Shown here piece by piece: positions 43,053-58,565 of a DNA stretch of 64,000 bases (its first letter is position 1; each line of letters starts with the position of its first letter). A program made the position numbers and the translations under genes. Origin of the DNA: Octopus vulgaris. Taxonomy: Eukaryota. The notes under the pieces were generated by a model. The model saw only the letters and a program-made list of their open reading frames with translations, did no database searches and had not been told where the DNA came from. The stretch covers positions 102,300,001 to 102,364,000 of the forward strand of contig OX597819.1 in assembly GCA_951406725.2 (NCBI GenBank), read 5' to 3'.

Positions 43053-43302
43053 TGTGTGTGTGTATGTGTGTTGTGTATCTATCTATCTATCTATCTATCT
43101 ATCTACCTATCTATCTATTTATATATATACGTGTGTGTGTGGTTGTGTTTGTGTGTGAGTGGTTGTTTGTGTGTGTGTGTGAGTGTGTGTGTGTGAGTGC
43201 TTGTGTTTGTGTAAGCTACATGCATATAACTATGTTTGCATCCATATATTCTAAGTGTATATATACATATACATACATTCATATATCTATCCATGTATCT
43301 AT

Positions 43303-43431
<129 letters not shown>

Positions 43432-45719
43432 TACATACATACATACATACATACATGTATTAATATATAAGTGAAAACGTACAATTGATAATTTAAATTT
43501 AATGGCCCAGTAGATCACAACATATTGTTAAAGAATTGTAGAAAACAGACCATCTCTGCTGGATTGATGAGAAATAAGCAGTTACTTCATACATACTTAC
43601 AACTTTAGGTTTCTGCTTATAATTATTAGAACGCTTTGCTGTGTGATTTATTGCTTCAGTACCTGCCTTGTGAAGCTGCTTTCTGCAAAACCAGAAAGAA
43701 CACAGCTAATCAAAAGACTATAGCTGCATGCTGTCATAGGTATTGTCAGAATATGTAAAACCATTACGAAATTCGGCTGGTAATATGAACCACATATGCA
43801 ATGCTACCATTGCCTGCTTATTCATGCCTAAGTACATGCGGATATCCATAGAGCCATACGTGCACTCAAGCTTATACATATAATACAAAAACCTGCTTGG
43901 ATGTTGTCTACACCCCAATGAAAACTCGTCGATGGGAAATTTGAAAACTAAAACCAACGATATACATACAAACACGTGCATGCATTTTCATATTCACATT
44001 TACATTACTACATACATACGAATACACACATAAAGGCACGCATATACATACATGCAAGCATTCATCCAAGTAACGATTCGTCAATTACTTATATCCATAC
44101 ATCGATACACACACCTCCATCGATACGCTCAAAAACATCCATCCATCCATCCATCCATCCATCCATCCATCCATCCATCCATCCATTCATCCATCCCTCC
44201 TTCCATCCATCCATCCATCCATCCATCCATCCATACATACATACATACATACATACATACATGCAAAACCACATATCTATATAAATACCTCTATGAAATA
44301 CCTTAGAATTGGGCAAATATGTCCCGCCTCCGAAATACTATTGTATAGATAACAGCCTATTCTTTGAAAATACTAGCTCCAAGGCCCTAAGTTACTATAG
44401 TGGAATACATATCCCTTTACATGACGTCACTTTATTTGAATGAAACAACTTACAAATTCATAAGACTATAGCGCACCGACGTATAAAACATTACACATTT
44501 GGGTGGCCATTGTCTTTTGATCATACTTACATTTTCGGTCGCATTTGAAAATGCATAGGTTTAAATAGTAACAGTAACCCATGGAATCTTAGGGTCTCCC
44601 ATAGAGTACTTTTTAATGTATATAACTAAACCCATTGTTCGAATGTATGTATGCACGTATGTAGTGCGAGTTTATGTATAAGTGTAAGTATGTATGCATG
44701 CATGTAGGTATATATATGTGAATATACGTATGTGTGCATATACGTTTGTGTATGCATGCGTTTGTTTGTCTCTTTGTCTGTCTGTCTCTCTTACACTCTC
44801 TCTCTCCCTTACTCGCTCTCTTTCTCACTCTTACTCTATCCCCTTTTCTTACTTTTTCTATCTCTTACTCTCCCTATCTCTTACTCTCTCTCTCTCTCTC
44901 TTACTCTCTCCCAAAATATGTGTGTGTGTGCGTGCGTGTTTATAAATACACATATAAACATATTCACGTGATTGCATACACTCCCCCCTATGTATAGATA
45001 TGTAACCCTCATATATATATGTATATATATTTATATATGATACATATACATATATATATACATATATATACTGTATAAATACCTACATGTGTGTGTGTAT
45101 ATATACGTATATATATGAATACAGGTATGTATACGTATACATGTATGCGTATATATATATATTTTACCCTGTGCTTTACGTAACTTATGTTAACTCTAGG
45201 ATTAGAGCTGGGTAGCACCTGTTACCCTTTCAAAATTGCATCAAATTTTGTTACGGGAGGAAGGAATATTTTTTAACTGTTTAGTTAACTAATCCATCTT
45301 CTAATGTTTTCTCATAGCATTCTACGAGCCAATCACATTCAAGAATTTGCTGAACTAATAAACGTGATCGATGTGACCACAACAATTCATACATACATAC
45401 ATAGGCATGCCTGGTGGGCATATGTGTGTGTTTGTGTGTGTGTGCGTGCGTGTTTGTGTTTGTGTCTGTGATTGTGTCTCTGTGTGTGTCAATTTGTGTG
45501 TGGGTGTGGATGGGTAGATGTTTTATGTTGAGTGAACAACCAAAATGAAGGGACACTGAACACACATCATAAGAGTTACATATACTATTATCAAAACGCC
45601 TTACCATACTGATTCATCAGGCGGTGCACCAATGTGGCTGCAAGTCAGATAAAAGATACATATATTTATGCACACACAGAGACACATACACATATGTGTG
45701 TGTGTATGTACATACATAA

Positions 45720-45799
<80 letters not shown>

Positions 45800-45802
<3 letters not shown>

Positions 45803-45990
45803 CCAGTTGCCATGCTTGATCGGTAAATCCACGATTTCTTTTTTATTTTCTCTGTTTATTTCCCCATTTTCCTTTCTGTTGAAGAGCGTAGACTCGAAAC
45901 GTAAAAGACTTCCTCACTTAACCGAGCGTCAATCTAATAATTGTTGTTCATACATCTGTCTTCCTCTTGCTTTCCTATAAATTTCAACTA
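45800..45990 (+). mobile_element. pLTR-like unit (type 1) with hammerhead-like motif, flanked by (TA)n
   Basis: cctttCTGTTGAagagcgtagactcGAAACGTAaaaga at 45871-45908. Confidence 0.78.
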
Positions 45991-46107
45991 TATATATATA
46001 TATAATGTACGCATTCGTTCTATTTTCCTGGACTGCCATGTTAGCTTGGCGATAACTATTAATATCCAGTACTACTTTAGAGAGATTTAGAAATATTAAC
46101 ATTAATT

Positions 46108-46184
<77 letters not shown>

Positions 46185-46674
46185 CATAATATGATATATA
46201 CATGTAACTCCGTGAGCATATTGGTGCAAAAGGCGGTGGGAAAATGCCCAGAGGAATACCACAGGTAAAGTAAAATAGTATTCCGTTGAAGCTGAAAAGA
46301 GTTTACAAACCGTTACAAACCGATCATCAGATATATTTAGAACAATGCAACTGGTTATAGTTTGAGAAATATTTTCAGCTTTGATAAGATACCGAGTGTG
46401 CACATAGTATGCATGTATGTATGTATGTATGTATGTATGTATGTATGTATGTATGTATGTATGTATGTATGTATGTATGTATGTATGTATGTGTGTATGT
46501 ATGTATGTATGTTTGTATGTATGTATGTATATCTGCAGATTTGCATGCTTCGATTTATGTACGTATTCTCATGCATATAGATGCATATCTAGACAGATAT
46601 GCTCATATATATGCATGTATGTATGAATCTATGTATATATTAAATACTATGTATTATATATACGTACGTATATA

Positions 46675-46714
<40 letters not shown>

Positions 46715-47490
46715 AGTATATATATGTGTATATATTTATGTATATATTATATATATGTATATATATATATGTATATACATATGTATATAACTATAACTGC
46801 CATTTAATATGACTGAGGGTGTTATATGCACCTACATTGCTAGAAATAAGAGCTAAATGCTCAAATGCTGCATTCAAAGTACATAATTGTATACATACAT
46901 CATCACAAGGACTGTAATCGCCTGAAAAGCAGCTGTCGAGATGAATGTATGTATGTATTTACGTATGTATTTATGTATGTATGTATGTATGTATGTATGT
47001 ATGTATGTATGTATGTGTGTATGTGTTTATGTATGTATGTATTTATGTATGTATTTATGTATGTATGTATATATGTATTTATGTATGTATGTATGTGTGT
47101 ATGTATGCATGCATGTATGTATGTATGTATGTATGTATGTATGTATGTATGTATGTATGTGTATGCATGTATGCAAATGTGGATGTATTGTATATTAAGT
47201 ATTATATATATACATATATATATCTATGCATGTGTATATATATATGTATGTATATAAATATATTTATATGTACGTATGCATCGATGAATATACGTATGTA
47301 TGTATGTATGTATGTATGTATGTATGTATGTATGTATGTATGTATGTATGTATGTTTAAAGCGAACATGAAAGTTATTAGTTGATGTAAGTTTACGTAAG
47401 ACTGGAAAATTTTTGGAATGTTTGAGGACCTCAAAACTGAGTAAAATTTATTAAAATGATGTAATGACTAGGATTTTACAAAATAAGCAA

Positions 47491-47535
47491 AAATAATAAC
47501 AACAACGATGATGATGATGATGATGATGATGATGT

Positions 47536-47596
<61 letters not shown>

Positions 47597-47600
47597 GATG

Positions 47601-47632
<32 letters not shown>

Positions 47633-47648
47633 GATGATAATGATAATA

Positions 47649-47725
<77 letters not shown>

Positions 47726-47750
47726 AAGAAGATGAAGAAGAAGAAGAAGA
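47491..47750. repeat. In-phase compound trinucleotide array (AAT)-(AAC)-(GAT)n-(AAT)n-(AAG)n
   Basis: Directly visible. Confidence 0.95.
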
Positions 47751-47941
47751 AAGAAAAAAACTGTAAATACATAGGCATGCATCCTCACACATAGATTACT
47801 ACACACACACACAAGCACACATATGCATACATATGATCCATATACGTAAACACGCAAATATATATGTTTCTGTCAACGTTTGTGCGCTTGTTTTTAAGTG
47901 TTCTTGTGCCCCACGTGTAAACAAATACATTTGAATGTGCG

Positions 47942-48003
<62 letters not shown>

Positions 48004-48272
48004 TGTGTGTGTGAAGATGCATCGGAGAATGTTACGCTTGTGAAACGAAAAAACAAAAATGAACAAAAACAATGGCCCTCTAACAAAAAATAAAGAAGTT
48101 ACCAAAAAAAGTAACATCAAAAAATAACAAAAAATTAAAAGATGCTGTGACAGTTAAATCAAGGGGAATCTGATTGAGTTGCTTTGATGGTTGGTTGGCC
48201 ATGTTGTTGTCTGGTCGGTTGGTATAGTATAAGAGACTTCAGACTATTTATCGATCAGTCAAGTGGTTTTTT

Positions 48273-48441
<169 letters not shown>

Positions 48442-48654
48442 GCCTGTTGGTTGGTTGGATGGCCGGTTGTCACTGTGTTATATTAACAAACGTAGTGATA
48501 TTGTTAGATGGAGGACACCCGACCAGCATTTTGAATCTATCTGTCGTGTGTCTGTGTCAAGGTGATCTTTGTCTTTACCTGTGTGGAAGAATGTGTGTGT
48601 TTGTGAGTTTTGTATGTGTGAATGAGTGTTTATGTGTATGTGTCGCATAATATC

Positions 48655-49041
48655 TTTTCTACTATATGCACGAGGTCTGAAATTTAGAGGAGGGAACTAA
48701 TCGATTATATCGACCCCAGTGTTTAACTGCCAATTAATTTATCGACCCTGAAAGGATGTAACACAAAATCGACCTCGGCAGAATTTGAACTCAGAACGTA
48801 AAGACAGACGAAATACCTATTTCTTTACTATCCACAAGGGGCTACACACAGAGGGGACAAACAAGGACAGACAAACGGATTAAGTAGATTATATCGACCC
48901 CAGTGCGTAACTGGTACTTATTTCATCGACCCCGAAAGGATGAAAGGCCTCGGCGGAATTTGAACTCAGAACGTAACGACGGGCGAAATACCGCGAAGCA
49001 TTTCGTCCAGTGAGCTAACGATTCAGCCAGCTCGTCACCTT
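48655..49041 (-). mobile_element. SINE family B dimer
   Basis: Two cores 175 bp apart (184 bp minus a 9-bp deletion), joined by taaagaaataggtatttcg on the minus strand. Confidence 0.85.
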
Positions 49042-49099
49042 TATGTATCACAGAATATCGATAACGTTGATTTGCACATGCAGTATATACATGTATTAT

Positions 49100-49330
49100 A
49101 TATCTTTTACCTTTTATCTTTTTCAGTCCCTAGACTGCAGCCATGCTGGGGCATCACTTTGAAAATGTTTAGACGAACTAATTGACCCCTGTGCTTATCT
49201 AGGTTTTTAATATTAGTATTTATTCTGCCGATTCTTTTTGCTGAACCGCTAGATTAGGGAGACGTAAACATCAACTCCGGTCTTTAAGCAGTGGAAAAGG
49301 ACAAACACAGGCGCAAACCTACACACACAC
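49100..49330 (-). mobile_element. SINE family A tail
   Basis: gactgcagccatgctggggcatcac...gctgaaccgctag. Confidence 0.65.
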
Positions 49331-49380
49331 AACACGCACCTCACACACAAATGCATACATACATACATACATACATACAT

Positions 49381-49477
<97 letters not shown>

Positions 49478-49627
49478 CACTTTCCTTTTATAAAATCATG
49501 CACGCTTAGCACAATAAATATTTTTGTATGAATTTATGTAATTTATCTATACATCAATATATATCACTATAAATATATATGTATTTATATATATGTGTAC
49601 ACACACACACATATGTACATATGTATT

Positions 49628-50079
49628 TTAGAAGGAAAAGGACAGCAAAAACCAATGCAGGATAGGTATCTCAAATCATTTACTATATTTAATTAGAGTA
49701 AGCTGTTCTGGGATAGGCTAACATGTCCACACACTAGGTATTCCGTCACTAGAGACAAAGTGGGTATATATGAAAGTTGTAGACGGAAATTCACAGTTTA
49801 TAAGGAATAAAATAATGAATAGTAGATAGAAGAATACAGACAGGAGAATAAAGTTCACAGTTTATCTTATAGACTGTGAATTTCCATGTCTAGACCTTCC
49901 ATACATACTCACCTTGTCTCTGATGGCAAAATACCCAGTGTACAGACATGCTTGCCTATCACTTGGGATATACCAGAAACAGCTGTAAGGCTTCAGATTC
50001 CTCTTCTTCTAATTAAATATTCTAATTGACTTGAGATACCTGTCCTACATTGGTTTTTGTTGTCCTTTTTTTCCTCTAA
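49628..50079. repeat. Inverted pair of pLTR-like (type 3) sequences with hammerhead-like motif
   Basis: 49628-49811 is the reverse complement of 49861-50079; the right arm has gtctCTGATGG...GAAACAGCTGTAaggc at 49916-49991. Confidence 0.85.
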
Positions 50080-51149
50080 TATAAAATATACTTGCTAACT
50101 CGTAAGCCTGATATGGATCCCTCGCTCCAGCTTCAGCCGTGAATTTAGTACCTATTCGGCTAGATCACCAGTGAAATAAACCCCCCATATACTATACACA
50201 CACACGTATATATATATACATATATAAAGATGTGTTAAAGAATTTCCTTCGTCTTCTTTTAATTATACACATACACACTCACACACAATCACACATATAT
50301 ATATATAAGTATGTATTGATATATGTATATATATGTATACATGTATGTATAGAGAAATATATTTATATGCATATCTATTTATGCCTACATTCCTACACAC
50401 ACATAGACAAACGCATGAACATACACGCATATATAAATCTAGCGACAGTGAGGCTGTAATCCAACATCGGACGCTCATTTCCATTATTCTGGTTTCCGAG
50501 TGGCATGAGCCACCCAGGATGTACATTACATCTCACTCAGACGAGAAGCCAGTACTTCGTAGTGTTAAACCGTAGCTGTTACTATTTTCATTTTTTGCTG
50601 AATGGAATGAAATAACGGGGAATGATGCGTATTTTGCGTGACCCGATCGTGCTCAGTCTGGAAAGTGAGACCACCACCCAGCGAACCGAAGTCCAACCCT
50701 CTTCCGACTAAGCTATATTGCTTCGCATATAATTATAAACATATGTTCTGTTGTTATTTAAAGTAAAATAACGTTAATGTAAATAAAATTCTCCTTTGAA
50801 ACAACTGGATTTCTTATTGAAAACACAATAAATAAACAGTTTTTGTAGAAAATAAACGGTATTTGAAACTAATGTGTGAAGACAAATTTACGCCTCGAAG
50901 TCGTCCTCATCATACATCCGAATATTTCATTCCTACGTTGAGCACGCACTCACACAATACACAATCTTTCTTCTGTCTTCGAAGGTACATCAATTTTTTG
51001 ACTACTTAAAGTTCCACTTGTTCTGAGGTAACTATCCTTTGTAACACATGGGGTTCAACCCTGATCAATCATAGACATCTAAGCAAAAAAATTAAAGTAG
51101 TCTTAAAACACGATCCCCCATATCTTTCGTAGAAGCATAACTCATAATC

Positions 51150-52700
51150 CTATAACATCCAAATGTTTCGCTTGTGGCTGCGCTGCAGCAGCTCAGGAAA
51201 AGAACATGGCCTACTACATTTGAGAAAGAAAAAAAAAATTAGAAAGCGAACAACTTTTATCCACCACCATAACTCTTGCAAGGCCATCGTTCGAAACCAT
51301 TTCATAAATCACCCAGTCCAAACAGCAAGTATCTTTTCGGTCACTTCTCCGTTGTTGAAAAACTCAACATTACTAATTCCTCCTTTGCTCCTTTCCTCCG
51401 AACAATTGTTGGTCTGTAAACAGCGCCACAACAGAAAAATTCTCCTTATTTGCTGCCCACACTGCGTTCAACTCCACATGGCACACAGAAGGTAAACCTT
51501 ACGCTGATATTCCTCTTGATTTATCATCATTTGCCTCTTCACACCAGATGCGAAACCTTTTCACTCTTTACTCAACAAAATCATCAGCTCTGGCCAATAT
51601 CCCTTCCATAACCCCCAAACATTAGGCCTAGAACTAACTCCTATTAGCAACAAGCTTTTCAATCACAATCGCTCTCCACCCTTACAGTTTCTCTTTCACT
51701 CACTTAAGAAACCCATTTCCACCTTTGGAAATACATTGCCCCACTTCTAAGACATGCATTACGTCTGAGTCTATGAACTTCCGCCCTATTGCTCTTACTC
51801 CTAATATCTCAAAGCTGATGTAGACAATCATTAAGCGACACATTCTCCAACAGCTTGAATATCTCTCGCTCTTTAATTACCAGCAATACGACTTCTGTAA
51901 AATATGTTCCTCTTGTAGACTCTTATGTCACTAAATAGTAGAACATTTAGTGAACGTGGTACCCGGTATCGAGAAAGAATTTCACTCGCCTCTGGCATGC
52001 ATTTACCATCTCTTTGTCATCTGTTCAAGCACTACTATCACAGCATGTGCTAATGGATATATATCCGTCATACAGACTATCAACTCTGGTGTGGTCCACG
52101 GTTCGGTTATATCACCCACATTCCTCTTCCAATACTTCTCCAACAACACCCACTGATAAACAGATGAGGAAATCCTTTACTTCCACCAAAATTTCTGTGC
52201 TTATTTCTCATGTATATGAAGCTTAGAAACAGCGTGCTAAACCTTCACCGAATCTATTATTGGAGACCTTGAAAACATCCCAAAAAAGAGTAACATCAAT
52301 TTTTATGATGTGTATGCAACTAGTATACACATCGTAAATGCAATGTTGGATCCTCAACTCTTAAACATAACACAACACAAAATTGCTTCAAAAAAAGTGG
52401 ATTGTCCCCTTTAGAAAATACTTTAGATCTAAAAAGCAACTAACCATATATAAAATTTAATTGGGATACACAGCAGAATGTTGCACCTACAGTTGGAACA
52501 GATCTATTATTATGAGTAAGTATATATCCTAGAAAATATTCTGAAAACGGACACCCGAATGATAGGCATGGAGTCGCTCCTGAAAAGACTCCATCCGCAG
52601 GCCAAAAAGTGCAACTTCTTAATGGTTTTCTAACACAACTCTAGTGACTTCAGCTTCTTGACGCTGGCTTATAATGGCAATTCTAATTTAGATCTCTCAA
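51150..52700 (+). pseudogene. Heavily decayed CR1/Jockey-like LINE reverse transcriptase
   Basis: NFRPIALTPNISKLM*TII at 51776-51832 (YRPI.L motif) and NSGVVHGSVISPTF at 52082-52123 (GVPQGS.LSP motif). Confidence 0.75.
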
Positions 52701-53044
52701 CTCATACGTCCATCTATTTTCGTCATTTATATTGTATCCAGTACCTAACTCCTGCATTTTGCCTCCCACAAAACGTTGTTCCTTCTGGTATTCTCTTACT
52801 GCATCTCTTGTAGCCATTCAGCAGCAACTTTAACCATCACGATTACATGTCACAGGTTCTTCTTTGTGACAAAGGGGCAGGGAGACGAAAGACCTTAATT
52901 TACGAATTAAAGAATAAACATGAGTACAGTTGAGTTTCTGTGTTTGACTGTGTGCTCTTGTATCTGCGTAAATGTTTTTTTTTATTTCCATTTCTATATT
53001 AATATATACGCTTTATACATATCCATAAATATATGTACACCCCA

Positions 53045-53079
<35 letters not shown>

Positions 53080-53191
53080 CACATGCACATACACATATAC
53101 TCTAATAACTACATCTTTTATATTTTTATATATTTTTTATCTATCTTTCTGCCAACACACACACACACATCTGTATTAATATGTATGTATG

Positions 53192-53272
<81 letters not shown>

Positions 53273-53381
53273 ATATATTTGTTTTATTTACCTATCTATC
53301 TAGCTATCTATCTATTTATTTATCTATCTATTTATTTATTTATCTATCTATTTATCTATCTATCAATCAATCAATCAATCA

Positions 53382-53418
<37 letters not shown>

Positions 53419-53796
53419 CCTATCTATCTATCTGCCAGTCTCTGCATGTATGTATATCTACATGTATATATAGCATAGTATTTTTGTAAAGCGTTTAAGC
53501 GTGTGTGCTGTTTAAGGAATCCGGAATTCTTGCAGCCTGCATCCAGCTTTACAACCAGCACCGATCGTAACACAACTGCCCTGTCACCACCACCGACATT
53601 AGCACAGTCTTGTATCTTCTCATTCTCTACACACACATTCCACTATTGATGCTGTGTACGTGTGTTTGGTGTGCAGTAGTTATTACAGATCTACACCAGC
53701 AAACATATCGAGCAGCCAACACATTCATCGTCTCTTCATTTTAACATTGATATTATATAGAGGGGATTCTGGATAATTTTTTATAGTGCCTCGTGC

Positions 53797-53828
<32 letters not shown>

Positions 53829-54003
53829 GCATACACACACACACTCACACACACAGACATACTGAAAAACATAGGCATACACACATATAGCACGAGCACA
53901 TGAACACAGATGCACTTACATTCTCACACATATTCCTACGTGCACATACACATACACACAAATACGTAGATACCCAAACATATACACCGGCACACACACA
54001 CAC

Positions 54004-54044
<41 letters not shown>

Positions 54045-54167
54045 CAGAGAGATATGCACACGAATATATGTATAACTCTCTCCCCCTCTTTCTCTTTATA
54101 TACGTATATATGCATATTCTTCCATCCCTCCAAACACGCATCTATGCACACACAAATATATTTACAC

Positions 54168-54328
<161 letters not shown>

Positions 54329-54445
54329 CATACATACACACATATATATTGATATTTATATATACATATATATATACTCACGCACACATGCACACATATA
54401 CACATATAGACAGACATATAAACCGATAGATAGATACACAGATAT

Positions 54446-54530
<85 letters not shown>

Positions 54531-54794
54531 AAGATAGGTACGTAGGTAGAGACCATGTCAAGTTCTTTATAGCTTTGACAATAAGATGGCCAAGAAAGTA
54601 TGTATATAACTCTTCGCGTCTATAAAGGCAACTAAGACAATTAACGAAAGAGTGATAATTGCCCTTAGGTCATACTCACGCAAGAGTGAAGGCTATGTTT
54701 TACTACTTATCTAAATTCACACACATATACACATACGCACTTAGACACATGCACACACATACATACACACACAAACACACACGCACACATCTGT

Positions 54795-54933
54795 AACTAA
54801 TGTCGTTAAGAAGCTTGCTTTCCAACCACATGGTTCCAGGTTTAGCCCCACTGCGTAACACCTTGGCCAAGTGTCTTCTATTATTGCTACGGGACCGACT
54901 AAAGACTTTTGAAATAAGTCCATTGTATGTACA

Positions 54934-55021
<88 letters not shown>

Positions 55022-55142
55022 CCGAAATTGCGAGGATGATCCGGTTCTTGACTGAAGATTAGAGGCTTCGAATGACCCGTCCGTTTTTTGTGTCGTCTAT
55101 TTGAATGTTTTGCGTTCTTGTCCCATTTTGTATTTTTATATA

Positions 55143-55181
<39 letters not shown>

Positions 55182-55190
55182 GTGTACATT

Positions 55191-55227
<37 letters not shown>

Positions 55228-55435
55228 TTGTGTATTAGTGTTTGTGTCTCACTCCATCGCTTGACAAACGATGTTGGTGTGTTAACGTCCCTGTAAATTG
55301 GCGATTCTGCAAAAGGGGGCTGATAGAATAAGTACTAGGCTTACAAAGAATAAGTCCTGAGGTCGACTTGTACGACTAAGCCCTCTTAAGATGCTACTCC
55401 GCAGTCATATAACTAAAAGAAATTAAAGAATAAAA

Positions 55436-55440
<5 letters not shown>
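54795..55440. mobile_element. SINE family A fragments around a nested repeat unit (55018-55132)
   Basis: aagaagcttgctttccaaccacatggttccaggtttagcccca...ccttggccaagtgtcttc (head) and gatagaataagtactaggcttacaaagaataagtcc (tail) both read on the plus strand; probably one interrupted copy. Confidence 0.7.
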
Positions 55441-55519
<79 letters not shown>

Positions 55520-56324
55520 ATATAGCGTTATTTCTGTGAAACTTATTGCAATAAAATGTCCCCTGATGATTCGTTCTAGTTAAGCATTCAAACGCACTTG
55601 GAACATCCAGTGCAGGTTTCAAATCAACAACAATGGTGAACCATGCGTAGGAGATAATCATGTACGTTTGCGTTTGTCGTAATTTCTCCCCTACATATGC
55701 GTAGTATCTTATAAGTAGTCTCAGTATATTAAGTATTGTTTTTCCTTAACTGTTATACTGGAAGCTGGCTGTATATACATAATCTACGTGGAACTGTAAA
55801 GCAGTAAATCTATGTGTACACACAAGCACATACACACATACGCAAAAATACATTGGTAACAGCTAGAAAGATATATAGATAGACAGGTAGATATGTATAT
55901 ACGTGGGCGTTTGTTTGTGTGTTTGGTTCTAGAAGCAGAGAAAATTGTACTCAATTCATGAAAAAGAGTATTTCATATATTTTCTTTGCAAAGGAATTGC
56001 AGCTTCTCGCTGCTCCACAATTTCGTTCCATTATTCTTCTTATAAGCAAATATATAGTAATCTTAAGGATAAGACGTCACTACAAGTTGACTGGAAAATG
56101 AATATGTAAATAAGAAGATCAGTCTAATTAATTTTGAATCATTAGTTTTGAATGAGAATTTTAAGTTTCACTTAATGGCTTCTTCTTCCACACTGTCAAG
56201 CAGTAAATTTTCCAATATCCTTCTATCATCAATAATGTAGTTTTAATGATTAACATTATTAACATTTGTACAAATAATATAGCCCTTATTGCAAGTATTT
56301 GGTTATGATGGATAACGATTATTA

Positions 56325-56540
56325 TTCTTTTCTACTCTAGGCACAAGACCATATTTCTTGGGGGAAGGAGCCAGTCAATAAGATCGACTCCAGTACCCAA
56401 CTGGTGCTTAATTTATCGACGCTTAAAGGATGTAAGGCAAAGTTGACCTCGGAGGAATTTAAACTCGGAACGTAAAGACAGACGAAATGCCGCTAAGCAT
56501 TTCGCCCGGCGCTCTAACGTTCTGCCAACTCGCTGCCTTA
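56325..56540 (-). mobile_element. SINE family B, head-to-head with the trimer
   Basis: ggcaaagttgacctcggaggaatttaaactcggaacgt...tctgccaactcgctgcctt. Confidence 0.85.
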
Positions 56541-56627
56541 TTTTAGTCATAAATATTACTAGAATGTATGTTATTATTGGAGGTGGTAGTTTTGCTAATA
56601 TTCATGTTATTATTAATAGCATCATTA

Positions 56628-57202
56628 AGCTGGCAGAATTGTTAACGCGCCGGGCGAAGTGCTTAGCGGTATTTCGCCCGTTGCTACGTTCTGAGTTCAA
56701 ATTCCGCCGAGGTCGACTTTGCCTTTCATCCTTTCAGGGTCGATAAATTAAGTACCAGCTACGCACTGGGGTCAATGTAAACGACTTAATACCTATGTCT
56801 GTCTTTGTTTGTCCCTTCTATGTTGAGCTCCTTGTGGGTAATGAAGAAATAGGTATTTCGCCCGTTGCTACGTTCAAAGTTCAAATTCCGCCGAGGTCGA
56901 CTTTGCCTTTCATCCTTTCAGGGTCGATAAATTAAGTACCAGCTACGCACTGGGGTCGATGTAAACGACTTAATACCTATATCTGTCTTTGTTTGTCCCT
57001 TCTATGTTGAGCCCCCTGTGTGTAGTAAAGAAATAGGTATTTCGGCCGTTGGTACTTTCTGAGTTCAAATTCCGCCGAGGTCGACTTTGCCTCTCATCCA
57101 TTCAGGGTTGATTGAATAAGTATCAGTTATGCATTGGGGTCGATCTAATCGTCTTAATCCTCTCCCATAAGCTGCCCTTGTGACAAAAATTTGAAACCAT
57201 TA
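56628..57202 (+). mobile_element. SINE family B trimer, 184-bp period
   Basis: ggtatttcg.ccgtt at 56668, 56852 and 57036. Confidence 0.92.
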
Positions 57203-57892
57203 TAAATAGCATCATTAAATTATTGGATCGGTAATATTTTTGGAACGATTTGATGTGTTTTTCAAATCCTGTGGCGGGCAACTTTGCTTCCATCCAACCG
57301 AGATCTATATAATAAAGAAACAATGAAGACTTACAATCAATGCTACTGGCTAATTCTCTCCCCTCAGAATTGATGACTGTTGTGTCTAAATCAGACATGT
57401 TTATTAGTAGAGTCTTTGTTGCAATTACTCTGGTTCGTAATTATTTTTGCTTTCATTTTCATATAAGCATCAATTCTCCGTGTACTATGACATTCTGTAT
57501 AATAACATAGGAAGCTCGATTCATCAGAGCTCCCTCCCTTTTCCCGAATAACAGATGTAAAGCTAAGTGCGATAACTGTTTTCAAAAACTTCTGAGCAAT
57601 GAATGCAAAGCCAAATATGTAAGACGAATGAAAATAATGGGAAATGATTACCTTATACGCTGTTTAATGATCATATAAATTTTCAGTAAAAGTTTCTCTT
57701 TTCAAATTGAAAAAAAAAAACATTCTAGAAATTTAGGTACACCCCTTTACTTTCTTGACTATTTACTTTCTTTTGCCTGAAAAGAGAATTTTTCCTGAAA
57801 CACAGGTTCTGCTTAAAGATATATAAAAATATTTTCTTGTAGACATTTCTCTGATTTACACATTTTACACTGCTTCAAGCAAATTACTTCTA

Positions 57893-57965
<73 letters not shown>

Positions 57966-58060
57966 ATATATATATATGTATATATATATATACACATACA
58001 TTTATATACAAATGCACACACACACACACACATATATATATGTATGTATGTATGTACGTG

Positions 58061-58107
<47 letters not shown>

Positions 58108-58167
58108 GTATATGTATATTTATATATATACACATACATATATATATATATATATATACACATACAT

Positions 58168-58214
<47 letters not shown>

Positions 58215-58565
58215 AAGTTTTGGTATCCAGAAAAGACCCAAAATGCAGTTCAGGCTATGTAAGTGTTACGGAAGGACCGCTTTGAGACTAGTAGTTCGAT
58301 AATAATATGAGTGAGGAGTCTAAGACATGAATCTGTACACTATCTATTCGTAATAACAAAATATGAACTATCGGAATTTACATATCATGGGCAAGAATCT
58401 ACACATTCTACACAACACATTCCCTGGATAATGGAACTGCAATTGTAACATCCAACATATAACTTTATTTTCATTCTCATAATTCCCTTTATACTTCCTA
58501 TATCTATCCAAAATAACTTCATATATTGAACTGTACTACTTCCTTCTATTTAACTTTCTCTTATC

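Noticed and set aside
47451-47857. Poly-Ser/Tyr/His and poly-Ile ORFs
   Set aside because: Stop-free frames are expected in pure trinucleotide arrays.
56628-57202. Regularly spaced repeats as a possible CRISPR array
   Set aside because: Whole 184-bp units repeat with no unique spacers, no cas genes are present, and the context is eukaryotic.
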